From: Candidatus Beckwithbacteria bacterium CG10_big_fil_rev_8_21_14_0_10_34_10
Lineage (GTDB): Bacteria; Patescibacteriota; Microgenomatia; UBA1400
Direction of reading: 5' to 3'
DNA length: 64,000 bases
Assembly: GCA_002773945.1 (NCBI GenBank)
Contig: PEZT01000028.1
Location: 4,034-68,033, forward strand
Below are positions 1 through 13,752 of this stretch, in pieces. A program made the translations under genes and the position numbers. How positions within the stretch are numbered: position 1 is the stretch's first letter; the number at the start of each line of letters is the position of its first letter. The notes under the pieces were generated by a model. It worked only from the letters and a program-made list of their open reading frames with translations, made no database searches and was not told the DNA's origin.

Positions 1-1155
1 TTCTAAAATATCTTTTAAATAACGATAAGGTAAAACAAAAGCTAAATCTCCAGGGTTAGCTGACCTAAAACTTGGTTTTAATAAATTTCTCTTAATTCTT
101 TCCTTTGTTGAACGCTGGCCTAAAACTAAATCTTTTAAGCGCTGAACCATTACCCCACCGCTTAAAAGGTTAGCCAATTTAGCTATGCTTTTAGCATAAA
201 ATATTGGATCTTTAAAAGGAAAGGTAAATTTGGTGGATACTAATATGGCAAAATTAGTATTCTTGGTTTTTATTCTAGCTAAGCTCTGACCATTAACAGT
301 TGTAACTGGAAATTGTCCAGTTAGCTGTTCCATGGTTACTTCTCCTCTAGGACAAACACAAAAAGTCCGAGCATTATCTCTAAAAGTTTTAGTTTTATAG
401 TGAACTTTTAACTCATAAAGATATTTAGCTATCGAAGTATAAATTTTGCTTGGAATCTCCACTCTAACTCCTAAATCAACTGGATTACATTGCGGCTCAA
501 GTTTATATTTAGCGGCTAAGGTTAAAAGCCAATCAGAACCAGCTCGGCCCGGAGCAATAACTACATTCTGAGCATAAACTTTTTTTCCATTGTCTAAAAC
601 AACCCCGCTGATTTTCTTATTTCTAACAATAATATCCTTAACTTGAGTATTTAATTTAATCTTAATTTTATCTTTTAAATACTTATACATGTTTTCTAGT
701 ATTTCCCTACCGCCATCAGATCCCATATGACGAATAGGAAAAGTAATAATTTCTAAATCTGCTTTTTTGGCTTTCTTAATAATCTTTTGAACTTCTTTTT
801 TGTTTTGGCCATAAACTTTTTTTGGCGCTCCAAATTTAAGCCAAAGATTCTCTGAATCTTTAATTAAGTTATCATAATCTTTTGGGGTTAAATATTCTCC
901 AAGCCAACCGCCTATTTTATGAGTAAAGTTAAGTTTACCATCTGAAAAAGCACCTGAACCTCCCCAACCACAGATAAGATTACAGGGCTGACATTTAACA
1001 CAACCTGTTTTAGAATTTTGAGAACATTTTCTTGACTTTATTTTTTTACCCTTATCAATTAGAAGAATTTTTAGTTTGGGATTATTTGAAAGTTTTAAAG
1101 CACTAAAAAGGCCGGCAGGTCCGGCACCAATGATAACAATATCATATTTTGTCAT
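1..1155 (-). CDS. FAD/NAD(P)-dependent oxidoreductase (COG2509-like), C-terminally truncated by window edge
   Basis: Reverse-strand ORF starts at ATG 1155..1153 and runs off the window. N-terminus MTKYDIVIIGAGPAGLFSA is a dinucleotide-binding GxGxxG motif. The long protein-like reading frame is not in the ORF track because it is open at the edge. Confidence 0.6.
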   Translation of the reverse strand, partial: MTKYDIVIIGAGPAGLFSALKLSNNPKLKILLIDKGKKIKSRKCSQNSKTGCVKCQPCNLICGWGGSGAFSDGKLNFTHKIGGWLGEYLTPKDYDNLIKDSENLWLKFGAPKKVYGQNKKEVQKIIKKAKKADLEIITFPIRHMGSDGGREILENMYKYLKDKIKIKLNTQVKDIIVRNKKISGVVLDNGKKVYAQNVVIAPGRAGSDWLLTLAAKYKLEPQCNPVDLGVRVEIPSKIYTSIAKYLYELKVHYKTKTFRDNARTFCVCPRGEVTMEQLTGQFPVTTVNGQSLARIKTKNTNFAILVSTKFTFPFKDPIFYAKSIAKLANLLSGGVMVQRLKDLVLGQRSTKERIKRNLLKPSFRSANPGDLAFVLPYRYLKDILE

Positions 1156-1206
1156 CCAAATATTATAATAGTAAAAATTAAAAAAAGAATCAAGGAGCAT
1201 AAAAAT

Positions 1207-1323
1207 CCCCGGCTGTGAGGTATTTTCGCGTGGCTGAGAAGCCAGACTATCGTCCCCGCTGAGGCGTTTAACTATCCTGTTCGGAATGGAAAGAGTGGTT
1301 CCACCTCGCTTTAACAACCGGGA
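1207..1323 (-). rRNA. rrf: 5S rRNA
   Basis: The reverse complement contains CCATTCCGAACAGGATAGTTAAACGCCTCAGCGGGGACGATAGTCTGG, matching the conserved 5S core. Terminal helix I pairs CCCGGTTGT with ACAGCCGGG. It lies just downstream of the 23S gene on the same strand. Confidence 0.85.
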
Positions 1324-1379
1324 AATATTTAATTTTAATATTAACTCTCTGAACAGTGAATAGAAATCAGACCTTTACG

Positions 1380-4548
<3,169 letters not shown>

Positions 4549-4584
4549 AAAGATCGTTTTTCTATTCACTTTTCAAAGAGCTAG

Positions 4585-4656
4585 TGGACCCAGTCGGGAT
4601 TGAACCGACGACCTTCTCGTTGCAAACGAGACGCGCTTCCACTGCGCCATGGGCCC
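4585..4656 (-). tRNA. tRNA-Ala (anticodon UGC)
   Basis: The reverse complement is GGGCCCATGGCGCAGTGGAAGCGCGTCTCGTTTGCAACGAGAAGGTCGTCGGTTCAATCCCGACTGGGTCCA. It has a cloverleaf with anticodon loop TTTGCAA and the G3:U70 Ala identity pair. It sits in the 16S-23S spacer. Confidence 0.92.
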
Positions 4657-4843
4657 ATATACTAAAAAAGTCTCCCGAAGGAGACCCATTAAACTCATGA
4701 GAAAAAGCCTTAAAAAAACGCCTTTCTAGCCACAAAAAGTTGCCCGGTTATGGCATTGAAAATGTTATGGGCTTTTCTACTCATTAAGTTTAAAAAAACT
4801 CCTTTAAATTGAATTTTAACAGATATACTTTAAGGTGTCAATG

Positions 4844-4917
4844 TGGGCTATCCAGGATTCGAACCTGGGACCTCTGTCTTATCAGGACAGCGCTCTAACC
4901 AACTGAGCTAACAGCCC
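4844..4917 (-). tRNA. tRNA-Ile (anticodon GAU)
   Basis: The reverse complement is GGGCTGTTAGCTCAGTTGGTTAGAGCGCTGTCCTGATAAGACAGAGGTCCCAGGTTCGAATCCTGGATAGCCCA. The anticodon loop is CTGATAA. It is the typical spacer tRNA. Confidence 0.92.
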
Positions 4918-5020
4918 TTTTTGACAATCTTAAATAGTGGTAGGAATTAAAAATGTACTTTTTACCAAGATTACTCTTGGTCTGGAAATCTGATCGTGTA
5001 TCAGAAACCAAATCTCCTAG

Positions 5021-6516
<1,496 letters not shown>

Positions 6517-6593
6517 AAAAAAATTTCCTACCACTACTTAAGTTGTCAATTTAAATTTACTCTCCAAATTTATTCAATTCTAAAAATATTTAG

Positions 6594-6608
6594 TTGTCAA
6601 AGAGCAAC
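6594..6608 (-). promoter_or_regulatory. boxA-like antitermination element in the rRNA leader, next to a short hairpin (6615..6630)
   Basis: The minus-strand sequence TGTTGCTCTTTGACAA matches the boxA consensus TGCTCTTTAACAA with one mismatch. It is preceded by the hairpin CCCGCTCTTTGGCGGG followed by a U-run. Confidence 0.5.
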
Positions 6609-6734
6609 AAAAAACCCGCCAAAGAGCGGGACTTTATCCATTCTCCGGCTTTAAAAAATTTACATTTTAAATTTTTCTTTCACCTAAAAGTTAATATATA
6701 TTATAAGGGGGGAAAAGTCAACCCTGTTAATTCC

Positions 6735-8129
6735 TTAAAGATCAAACAAAAAAAGTTTAATTTTTGTCAAAATTTGTTGAAAAATATTTACCTTTTTATT
6801 TTTAAAATCAAAGGGTTTAAAAACATAAATGGTTTTTTTTATTTCCCCCATTTTTAATCTATGCTCCGCTGATTGAGTTCCAGTTTTTACTAAAAAATCT
6901 ATTTCTTTTTCTTCATTAGGATATATCAAGTCTCCCTGGCTTAACTTGATTGAAGAAATGTTAAGATAAGGCCTTTCTTGATCAATTAAAAAAGAAAAGT
7001 CTTTGTCTTCACCCATAATCCACTGACCTGTATTTTTGACTTTTATTTTTCCCTGATACTCATATTTAGTCGGTAATATCTCAGCTAATTCAAAACTAGA
7101 TACTTTAAAGCTTTTAATTTGTTCTACCTCACCTTTAACCTTACTGATGCCCAATATTTTTTCATATTGTGGGTAAAAACTACCATCTTTTTTAAAAAAA
7201 GAGAAATAGTCAAAAGGTGGAGCTGGGTGATTTAAAACAAACGGAGTCACTGCTAAAACTTTATCATCAGCCTGCCAGATAGAAAAAGCTTGTTCATAAA
7301 ATACAGCTGTTTTTTCTTGGTTAAAATAGCCTGCGCTTCTTCCTTCTCCCTCTTGATGAGGCCAACCAGTTTCAGTAATAAAAACGCCAAAGTCTTTTTC
7401 TACTCCTAAATTCTTTAAAAAACTTAACTCCCATAAATAGCCTTTAATTGTTCCTCTTCCATTGTCAGTAGGTAAACCAACAAAGCCTTGATTGGGATAA
7501 CTGTGAGAATTCCAAGCATCAAAAAGACTAAAAACATTAGGGTTTTGTAAAATCATTCCCTGTAAAAATTCTTCTTCTTTCATGGTTCCGTTTTTACCAT
7601 CAGCTGATTGATCAAAACCAGCTGGTAAAATATAGAAGTTAGGGCTACTTTGTTTAAATAAAGTAATTAGTTTTTCTGAAACTAAAACATATTCTTGGGG
7701 ATTAATTTCTCCACCCCATTCTTTTTTGTGATTGGGCTCATTAAAAAAAACCACTATCTGTTTTTTAACTGGCCAGTTTAAAGAATTTAAGAACCCCACA
7801 TATTCTCCTAAATTATCAGGGTTAGGTTTAGCCCAATAACTATCTTCCGGGTGAGTAGCTAATCTAATAATAGGAATTAAATGAAGTTTTCGGCAGTTAT
7901 TAAAAAAATCCTGCCATTTATCTTTTTCCAAATCATCGTCTCTTAAAACAATAGTCACATAACCCCAATCACCACCAGTAGAATTAACTAGCTTAGCCAC
8001 TTCTTCAACTTCAGTTGTTTCTAAAATATGGATACCGATTTTGTTATTACTAGCCCAAGCTGGACTTAAAAATAAATTAAGAAAAAGAAAAAGGAATATG
8101 GTTATAATAATCAGCTTTTGTTTTCTCAT
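6735..8129 (-). CDS. Secreted or membrane-anchored glycoside hydrolase, GH-A clan (TIM-barrel)
   Basis: 464 aa. N-terminal signal peptide or membrane anchor. VFFNEPNH is the clan GH-A acid/base NEP motif. FITETGW is the nucleophile TExG-like motif. Confidence 0.6.
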   Translation of the reverse strand: MRKQKLIIITIFLFLFLNLFLSPAWASNNKIGIHILETTEVEEVAKLVNSTGGDWGYVTIVLRDDDLEKDKWQDFFNNCRKLHLIPIIRLATHPEDSYWAKPNPDNLGEYVGFLNSLNWPVKKQIVVFFNEPNHKKEWGGEINPQEYVLVSEKLITLFKQSSPNFYILPAGFDQSADGKNGTMKEEEFLQGMILQNPNVFSLFDAWNSHSYPNQGFVGLPTDNGRGTIKGYLWELSFLKNLGVEKDFGVFITETGWPHQEGEGRSAGYFNQEKTAVFYEQAFSIWQADDKVLAVTPFVLNHPAPPFDYFSFFKKDGSFYPQYEKILGISKVKGEVEQIKSFKVSSFELAEILPTKYEYQGKIKVKNTGQWIMGEDKDFSFLIDQERPYLNISSIKLSQGDLIYPNEEKEIDFLVKTGTQSAEHRLKMGEIKKTIYVFKPFDFKNKKVNIFQQILTKIKLFLFDL

Positions 8130-8182
8130 CAGCCTTCATTATATCTTAAAGCTTTACAGAAACAAGGTATTCTAAGAAAATC

Positions 8183-9598
8183 TTAAGAAGATAATTTAGT
8201 TAGTTTTACTCTTAAAACTTGGTAAGGTTTCAGATTCTGATTTAAAACAATACTTCCGCCTTTAACAGTCACTTGTTTTTCTTCAGGCTGGGAAAAAAGC
8301 TCTTGGATAAACAGTCGATATTGGCCATCTTTTATCCCTCCAAAACTAATATTAAAAGATTCTTCAAAAGGGTTTTGGGCTTGATAATTAGAAAGAATTA
8401 AGATTGTAGTCCGATTATCAAAAACAGCAAAGCCAGTAATCTGGGTCCCCTCACCTAAAACTTCCACTCTGTTACCTTCAAATTCAGCCAACCAATCATA
8501 AAGTAAATACCGAGGTTTTTCTTTGACTCCCCCCTCTGTCAATTCATGAGTTAAAAGACCCCAGGCTTCTTGACCTTGATTAGGTCCATCTTTAACTTCA
8601 AAAGCAAAACAATATTTAGTTTTGTCTAAAAGCTTTCTTAAAATATGAACTGCATGAGAGGCAGCGATTGAACTGGAATAAGCGGTATCTTTTTCTGAAT
8701 TAGGTCCCCATTCAGTCAAAAGCTTTTCTGTATTTTGAAATTTTTTGTATTTAGGTTGACTCTCAATAACATTTATTTGATATACATCATTTAAAAATAC
8801 TTCTGGTAAAAAGCTGTAGCGGTGCCAGGAAACAAAATCTAACCTCAAATTGTTAGCTAAAACATAATCATATAAAAGCCTAATCCAAACCGGATCTAAT
8901 TCAGGAATAGAAGGGCCTCCAATTTTAAAAGGTTTGACTCCCTGAGCCTGCAAAGCTCCTAAAACAGAATATTTATATAATTCTAAATAGTTCTTTTCAC
9001 CATACATTTTCCAACCCCCAAACCATTCTAAAGACGGTTCATTCCAAACCTCATAATATATTTCCTCTGTATCCTTTGAATAGTGTTCAATTGTCTGTCT
9101 AACTAAGTCCTGCCAGTCAGCCCAGTTATTGGGTTTGCCTATCTTGCCCGGACCAACTTCTTCTGGTAGATAAGTTAAAGAGAAAAAGGGTTTAGCTCCA
9201 GTGGCCTTAATATCATCAACTGTTTCATCCAGTTTAGACCAATCAAGATCAAGTTTACCTCCTGACCGACCTTTAACTACACCATAATAATCATCATCAT
9301 AAATATGGTCCAATCTAATATAATCAAGCTGAAGCTTTTTAACTTGGTTCACTGTAGCTTCAATCATTCTCGCTCCTGAAGCTTCTTCTCCTCCTTGAGC
9401 TAGGGCTCGCCAGGTCCGAGGAATAGAACCATAATTGCGTTGAATATTAACAATAATATCCGCTGGTTGAAAAGGTCTGGCTAAATACGTTTCTGGAATT
9501 CTAACTTTTACTTCCTTTTCAATTAAATAAAAAGGGACAAAAAGAAACAGAATAATTAATGTAAAAAAACTAATAATAATTTTTTCTTTATTTATCAT
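8183..9598 (-). CDS. Membrane-anchored glycoside hydrolase, GH-A clan (GH39/GH5-like)
   Basis: 471 aa. N-terminal TM segment. YEVWNEPSLEWF carries the NEP catalytic acid/base. The remainder has a TIM-barrel glycosidase-like pattern. Confidence 0.6.
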   Translation of the reverse strand: MINKEKIIISFFTLIILFLFVPFYLIEKEVKVRIPETYLARPFQPADIIVNIQRNYGSIPRTWRALAQGGEEASGARMIEATVNQVKKLQLDYIRLDHIYDDDYYGVVKGRSGGKLDLDWSKLDETVDDIKATGAKPFFSLTYLPEEVGPGKIGKPNNWADWQDLVRQTIEHYSKDTEEIYYEVWNEPSLEWFGGWKMYGEKNYLELYKYSVLGALQAQGVKPFKIGGPSIPELDPVWIRLLYDYVLANNLRLDFVSWHRYSFLPEVFLNDVYQINVIESQPKYKKFQNTEKLLTEWGPNSEKDTAYSSSIAASHAVHILRKLLDKTKYCFAFEVKDGPNQGQEAWGLLTHELTEGGVKEKPRYLLYDWLAEFEGNRVEVLGEGTQITGFAVFDNRTTILILSNYQAQNPFEESFNISFGGIKDGQYRLFIQELFSQPEEKQVTVKGGSIVLNQNLKPYQVLRVKLTKLSS

Positions 9599-9602
9599 AT
9601 TC

Positions 9603-10178
9603 CTACAGTTTAAATTCCATTTCAGAAACTGCTTCTAAAATATCTTCTCCTTCTATATTTAAAAGATTACAATCCAAAAGGCTTTGCTTAGTAAAATCAA
9701 ATTCCAGTTTACCTTCTCCTTTTTCTAAAACAAAAAAAGAGATTTCTGTTACTTTGAATTTACCTTCAGTTGATTTGGGTCGAATGGAAAAAGAAGCCAC
9801 TCCACCTGAATCTTGCCACTCACCACCAACTAATTGAAGCAAATCAAGGGGATAAAAAACTTTAAGATCTACTTGATTAAGTAACTGATCTGTTTGAACC
9901 CAAATCTCATAAGTTAATTTTTGATTAAACTCACCCTTATATTCTTCAAACCATAATCTTCCACCTTGAGAAAGTTTTTCCTTAATTTCAGGTTCAGGAA
10001 TGTTTTTCAAATCTTTTTTGGCTTGTTCTTCTTGATCAATAACTCTTTGTTTTTGGGTTTCTAAAGCCTTATTTTCTTTTTGATTTAACTGATAAAGTCT
10101 AAAACCAATCCAAGCTGATTGAAGAATAATAATAATTGATAATGGCCAAATAATTAATTGAAGTTTTGTTTTTTCCAC
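9603..10178 (-). CDS. Hypothetical membrane-anchored protein
   Basis: 191 aa ORF with an N-terminal TM helix. No recognisable catalytic motif. It packs tightly into the GH operon. Confidence 0.45.
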   Translation of the reverse strand: MEKTKLQLIIWPLSIIIILQSAWIGFRLYQLNQKENKALETQKQRVIDQEEQAKKDLKNIPEPEIKEKLSQGGRLWFEEYKGEFNQKLTYEIWVQTDQLLNQVDLKVFYPLDLLQLVGGEWQDSGGVASFSIRPKSTEGKFKVTEISFFVLEKGEGKLEFDFTKQSLLDCNLLNIEGEDILEAVSEMEFKL

Positions 10179-10242
10179 TAAATTAATAGTAACTTAAATC
10201 AATTGACTTCTCAAGATCTTAAAGGTTTCATTCAAGGTGGAG

Positions 10243-11262
10243 TTATTTTAATCTTTCTTTAAAAAAATTAAGGTCTCTTTGGACCACTAAATCCCAGGCT
10301 CCATTAAGTTGATGATCAGCGCCCGGATAAGTATAGAAAACAACTTCTTTATCAAAGTCATTAAGATTATTAACCAAATTCTGGCTCCAAATTAAAGGAA
10401 CAAAAATATCCGCTGTTCCCTGGTGAATCTGGATCGGAGCTTCTATCCAATCTAAATATTCATCAAAAGAGTAAAGATCAATATCATAATCTTTTTCAAA
10501 TTCAGCCAAACTTTTTCTAATCCCTTTACCTTTATCATCATATTCATTGGTAAAAAACAAAATGTCATAGGGAAAGAATTGAGAAACTGGCGCCCATAAG
10601 GTAGTCGGGTATTCTCCGCCAGTTATTTCTAAAATACTTAAAGATGATAAGCCGCCGTTACTATGGCCCCAGATAGCGATTTTATCTACCTCAGCCTGAG
10701 GAAATGTTTTAATAGAATTTAAAAGATCAATAATATTAACACTTCTTAAAAACCTGGATTCCCAAATATCATCTGGAGGCATATCAGAACTACCATAGCC
10801 TAAAAAGTCAGGAGCCAGAGTAAGATAACCGTTTTGAGCATAAACTTCAGCTGAAGGCTGAGTCCCCATTCCTGATTGATAAATCTCTAAATCAACATAG
10901 CCTCTAAGCATTAGAATTACTGGAAAAGGTCCCTCTCCAAAAGGAATATTAGCCATCCCACTGATCTTTCTCCCTTCACTTTCGAAGGTAAAAATATAGG
11001 AAGTGAAGTCTGGGGTTTCATTTATTGTTGATTCCAAAGTAATCTCACTAACCTGAGGTTTTCTTTTTTTAAGCCTTTTAAAAGTATATTTATCTAAAGG
11101 TTTTTCTTTTATTTCTTCAGTTTTAGATTTTTTAGCTAATGGGGAAAGAAAAGTAAAAGACTTGTTTTGACTTAAAAGGAAAAATACTAACCCAATAATA
11201 AGAAAAAGGCTTAAAAAAGAAAGAATAACTATTTTTTTTCTAGATAAACTTTCTTTAAACAT
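10243..11262 (-). CDS. Alpha/beta-hydrolase fold esterase/peptidase, membrane-anchored
   Basis: 339 aa. N-terminal TM segment. The GHSNGG nucleophile elbow (GxSxG) and downstream D and H give a catalytic-triad arrangement typical of dienelactone hydrolase and S9-like hydrolases. Confidence 0.65.
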   Translation of the reverse strand: MFKESLSRKKIVILSFLSLFLIIGLVFFLLSQNKSFTFLSPLAKKSKTEEIKEKPLDKYTFKRLKKRKPQVSEITLESTINETPDFTSYIFTFESEGRKISGMANIPFGEGPFPVILMLRGYVDLEIYQSGMGTQPSAEVYAQNGYLTLAPDFLGYGSSDMPPDDIWESRFLRSVNIIDLLNSIKTFPQAEVDKIAIWGHSNGGLSSLSILEITGGEYPTTLWAPVSQFFPYDILFFTNEYDDKGKGIRKSLAEFEKDYDIDLYSFDEYLDWIEAPIQIHQGTADIFVPLIWSQNLVNNLNDFDKEVVFYTYPGADHQLNGAWDLVVQRDLNFFKERLK

Positions 11263-11265
11263 AAT

Positions 11266-11937
11266 TTATTCAATAATTTCTACCGGCTCAACTACATCAG
11301 CGCCAGCCGTATTAAAATCCTCCAGCCACTCATTAAATTGAGCTTCTGATTCACCTTCTAAAGGAATGAGCTTAAAAGAATTAAGAATCCTATCATAGAT
11401 TTGATTCCAATAATCTAATTCTTTATCTGACTGTTTATCGACCTGATAAAGAACCTGGTCCCAATCAATAAAAGCAGTTACTTCTCTTCCTTCTCCTAAA
11501 GAAACTTTTTGGGCTGAGACTGAAGCAATTTGGGTTTCTAAAGCGTTTCCCTGCTTAACTAAAGAATCTTTCTGAAACCACTCATTAATATCTTGATATA
11601 AGCTATCAGTACAAATAATAGTAATGCTACCTTCTCTCTCTTTTGATTTAAGCTCTAAAAAGGCATAATTAGTCTCATCTTCCGAATGAACATCAATTTC
11701 TACTTCTTTGGGGTATTCAAAAGAAAAACCAGCTGGGTCTTCCCAAACTCCCCAAGTAAAGTTAAAAACTTCTTTTTTGTTTTTTAAACCTAAAGGAGAA
11801 CGCTTTTCAGCTGGAAAAAGTTTTTGAAAAACTTCATCTTTATAAGCTAGAAATATACTAACAAGAATCCCAAAAGTTCCCAAAATCCCTAAAGCCCAGA
11901 AAATATAATCTTTTCTTTCTTTTTTCTTTTTCTTCAT
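11266..11937 (-). CDS. Hypothetical membrane-anchored protein
   Basis: 223 aa. Lys-rich N-terminus followed by a TM helix, then an acidic C-terminal domain. Confidence 0.4.
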   Translation of the reverse strand: MKKKKKERKDYIFWALGILGTFGILVSIFLAYKDEVFQKLFPAEKRSPLGLKNKKEVFNFTWGVWEDPAGFSFEYPKEVEIDVHSEDETNYAFLELKSKEREGSITIICTDSLYQDINEWFQKDSLVKQGNALETQIASVSAQKVSLGEGREVTAFIDWDQVLYQVDKQSDKELDYWNQIYDRILNSFKLIPLEGESEAQFNEWLEDFNTAGADVVEPVEIIE

Positions 11938-11983
11938 AGTAGAATTAGTATAACATTTTTTAAAAACCTGCTATACTAAAACC

Positions 11984-12403
11984 ATGAAAAAAGAATTTTT
12001 AATTGTATTTCTCTTTTTATCTTTTTTCTTTGTTTTTCCTCATAAAACTAAAGCTGCCAGACAAAGAACTAGAAAACCAAAAAAAGAACTTACCTATACC
12101 GCTAGAGGAGTTGTAAGCCGAGTTAAATTTAGACCAGATAGATTGGGTCTTTTATTAAACTTTTCTAACTTTCAAAATTTACAGTCAGGTAGATATGAAC
12201 TTATCTATGATACTAATGGGGTTACCCAAGGAGCCGGGGGTTCAATTATCTTAGGAGATTCTAGCACTAAAGAACTTCTTTTTGGCACTTGTTCAGGCAA
12301 TGTTTGTAATTTCCATGAAAATATATCAAATGCCAGACTATCAATTGTCTCAACTTTAAAAGATGGAACAGTAATATTAAAACCTTATCGGATTAAGGTT
12401 TAG
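11984..12403 (+). CDS. Hypothetical secreted protein
   Basis: 139 aa. The N-terminal hydrophobic signal-like segment is MKKEFLIVFLFLSFFFVFPHKTKA. Confidence 0.4.
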   Translation: MKKEFLIVFLFLSFFFVFPHKTKAARQRTRKPKKELTYTARGVVSRVKFRPDRLGLLLNFSNFQNLQSGRYELIYDTNGVTQGAGGSIILGDSSTKELLFGTCSGNVCNFHENISNARLSIVSTLKDGTVILKPYRIKV

Positions 12404-12851
12404 AAGTTTCCTCAAGGGATTGAATTATTCCTGCTATTTCTGTGGGAAAATCATCAATAAATCCTTTTTTATGGGTCACTAATTTATTTAAATAATAAAC
12501 TCCAAAGTCTCTTCTCATTGATTCTATTACTTCCTCGTGATTTTGAAGATGAGTAAAAAGCAGGATGGGTATTTTTTTTATTAAACTATTGCCATGGTTT
12601 CGAACTGCCTCCATAAAACCATAACCGCCCATTTCAGGCATGGCTAAATCAGTAATGACTAAATCAATTTCTTTAGTTTCTTCTTTTTCTCCCTTTTCAT
12701 ATTCTTTATTTAAAAACCTTAGTTCTTCTACTCCATTAACAGCTGTAAAAACTTCAGGTCCTGAAGCTGCTAAAATATCTTTAAATATTAGCCTTAAGTC
12801 TTTAACATCCTCAAGAATTAAAATTCTTTAAAAGACAGCAGAAACTAACAT
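12393..12851 (-). CDS. Single-domain CheY-like response-regulator receiver, interrupted by an in-frame TAA (12830..12828) seven codons after the only upstream ATG; possible pseudogene or readthrough
   Basis: The translation ...RILILEDV...IDLVITDLAMPEMGGYGF...ILLFT...YLNK has the receiver acidic pocket, the phospho-Asp in the DLxMPxM context, and conserved T and K. The track ORF (12393..12641) starts at the internal Met of DLAMPEM. The upstream reading frame is open to TAA, then ATG at 12851. Confidence 0.55.
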
Positions 12852-12865
12852 GTTGAAGGAGAAGG

Positions 12866-13056
12866 AAATGAAAAAGGTAGTTTTAACTATTATGATTTTG
12901 GTGGTGATTTTCGCTTTGGTGGGTCTGATCAGCTTGGCTGATCCATTTGACCCAGTCGCCTTTGTTAAAGGCGAACCAAACAACCATGGAGTATTTTATT
13001 CTTGGTGCCAGGTTTTCAACACCTGCCACCCTACCCCAAACTCACCAAGTTTTTAA
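12866..13056 (+). CDS. Small exported/membrane peptide (~63 aa) with Cys-containing C-terminus
   Basis: AAGGAGAAGG Shine-Dalgarno 6 nt before ATG 12868 (12866 is read from the sequence line). MKKVVLTIMILVVIFALVGLISLA is a signal or anchor. A strong hairpin terminator follows. Confidence 0.35.
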
Positions 13057-13091
13057 CTGGTAAAAAACAAAAAAAGATGAATCAAAAAAAA

Positions 13092-13124
13092 GGATGGATC
13101 TTTTAGATCCATCCCCCATTTTCA
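13092..13124. terminator. Perfect 9-bp hairpin (GGATGGATC-TTTTA-GATCCATCC) flanked by A/T runs on both sides; probably bidirectional intrinsic terminator
   Basis: The stem and loop are read directly. CCCATTTT lies downstream on the plus strand. A T8 run lies downstream on the minus strand. Confidence 0.55.
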
Positions 13125-13203
13125 CCAATCAAATCTTTTTTTTAACCCTAACCCTGCTGTCTTTTATTTTTTTTAAATTATAATTAAAATATAAATATAT
13201 CTT

Positions 13204-13728
13204 ATGAATGAAAAATTACCAATAGAATTATCTAGACGGGATTTTTTAAAGCTTACTGCAACTGACGCAAGTGCTTTACTTTTATCAAGATGTTCTTCTC
13301 AAGAAGCTTCAGAATTAATATCTATTCCAGGTCATCCTGAAACATGGAAAACTATTACTAATGATGATTCTCCAAAATTTAGTCTTGACTATAACCTAAC
13401 AAGGATTGAAATCTATTATAAGGGAATTGAAAGAAAAAATATTGAAAAAGGGATTGAAGAAAACATGGTCAAGTTAAATTATAAGTTTATTGATATTAAG
13501 AATCCTGATGAATGCCCAATTATTGTTTCCCATTTAGTTGGTTCTAATGAAGAAATTAGGCTATATGTCAAAGATAGATGGGATAACCCTTCAGTCTACT
13601 GCTTTGGCCAAATTATTAATATAGATGAAGGCTGGCAAGCAATGGATTCTAGTCACCGTAATCCCTCAACTCAAGTTTTTGTTTTTGATGTCCCCATATT
13701 TATATCTTCACCTGGAGAGTCAGCTTAA
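13204..13728 (+). CDS. Hypothetical Tat-exported protein
   Basis: 174 aa. The N-terminus carries the twin-arginine motif SRRDFLKLTATDASALLL. Confidence 0.5.
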   Translation: MNEKLPIELSRRDFLKLTATDASALLLSRCSSQEASELISIPGHPETWKTITNDDSPKFSLDYNLTRIEIYYKGIERKNIEKGIEENMVKLNYKFIDIKNPDECPIIVSHLVGSNEEIRLYVKDRWDNPSVYCFGQIINIDEGWQAMDSSHRNPSTQVFVFDVPIFISSPGESA

Positions 13729-13752
13729 CCCTTTTCCTGATATAATTAGACG

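Noticed and set aside
6594-6857. 87-aa plus-strand ORF
   Set aside because: It lies in the AT-rich rRNA leader/promoter region (boxA, hairpin) and overlaps the 3' end of the GH gene on the opposite strand. The sequence is low-complexity Lys/Phe-rich.
12640-12831. 63-aa plus-strand ORF
   Set aside because: It is antisense to the N-terminal half of the receiver domain, which has clear conserved motifs on the minus strand.
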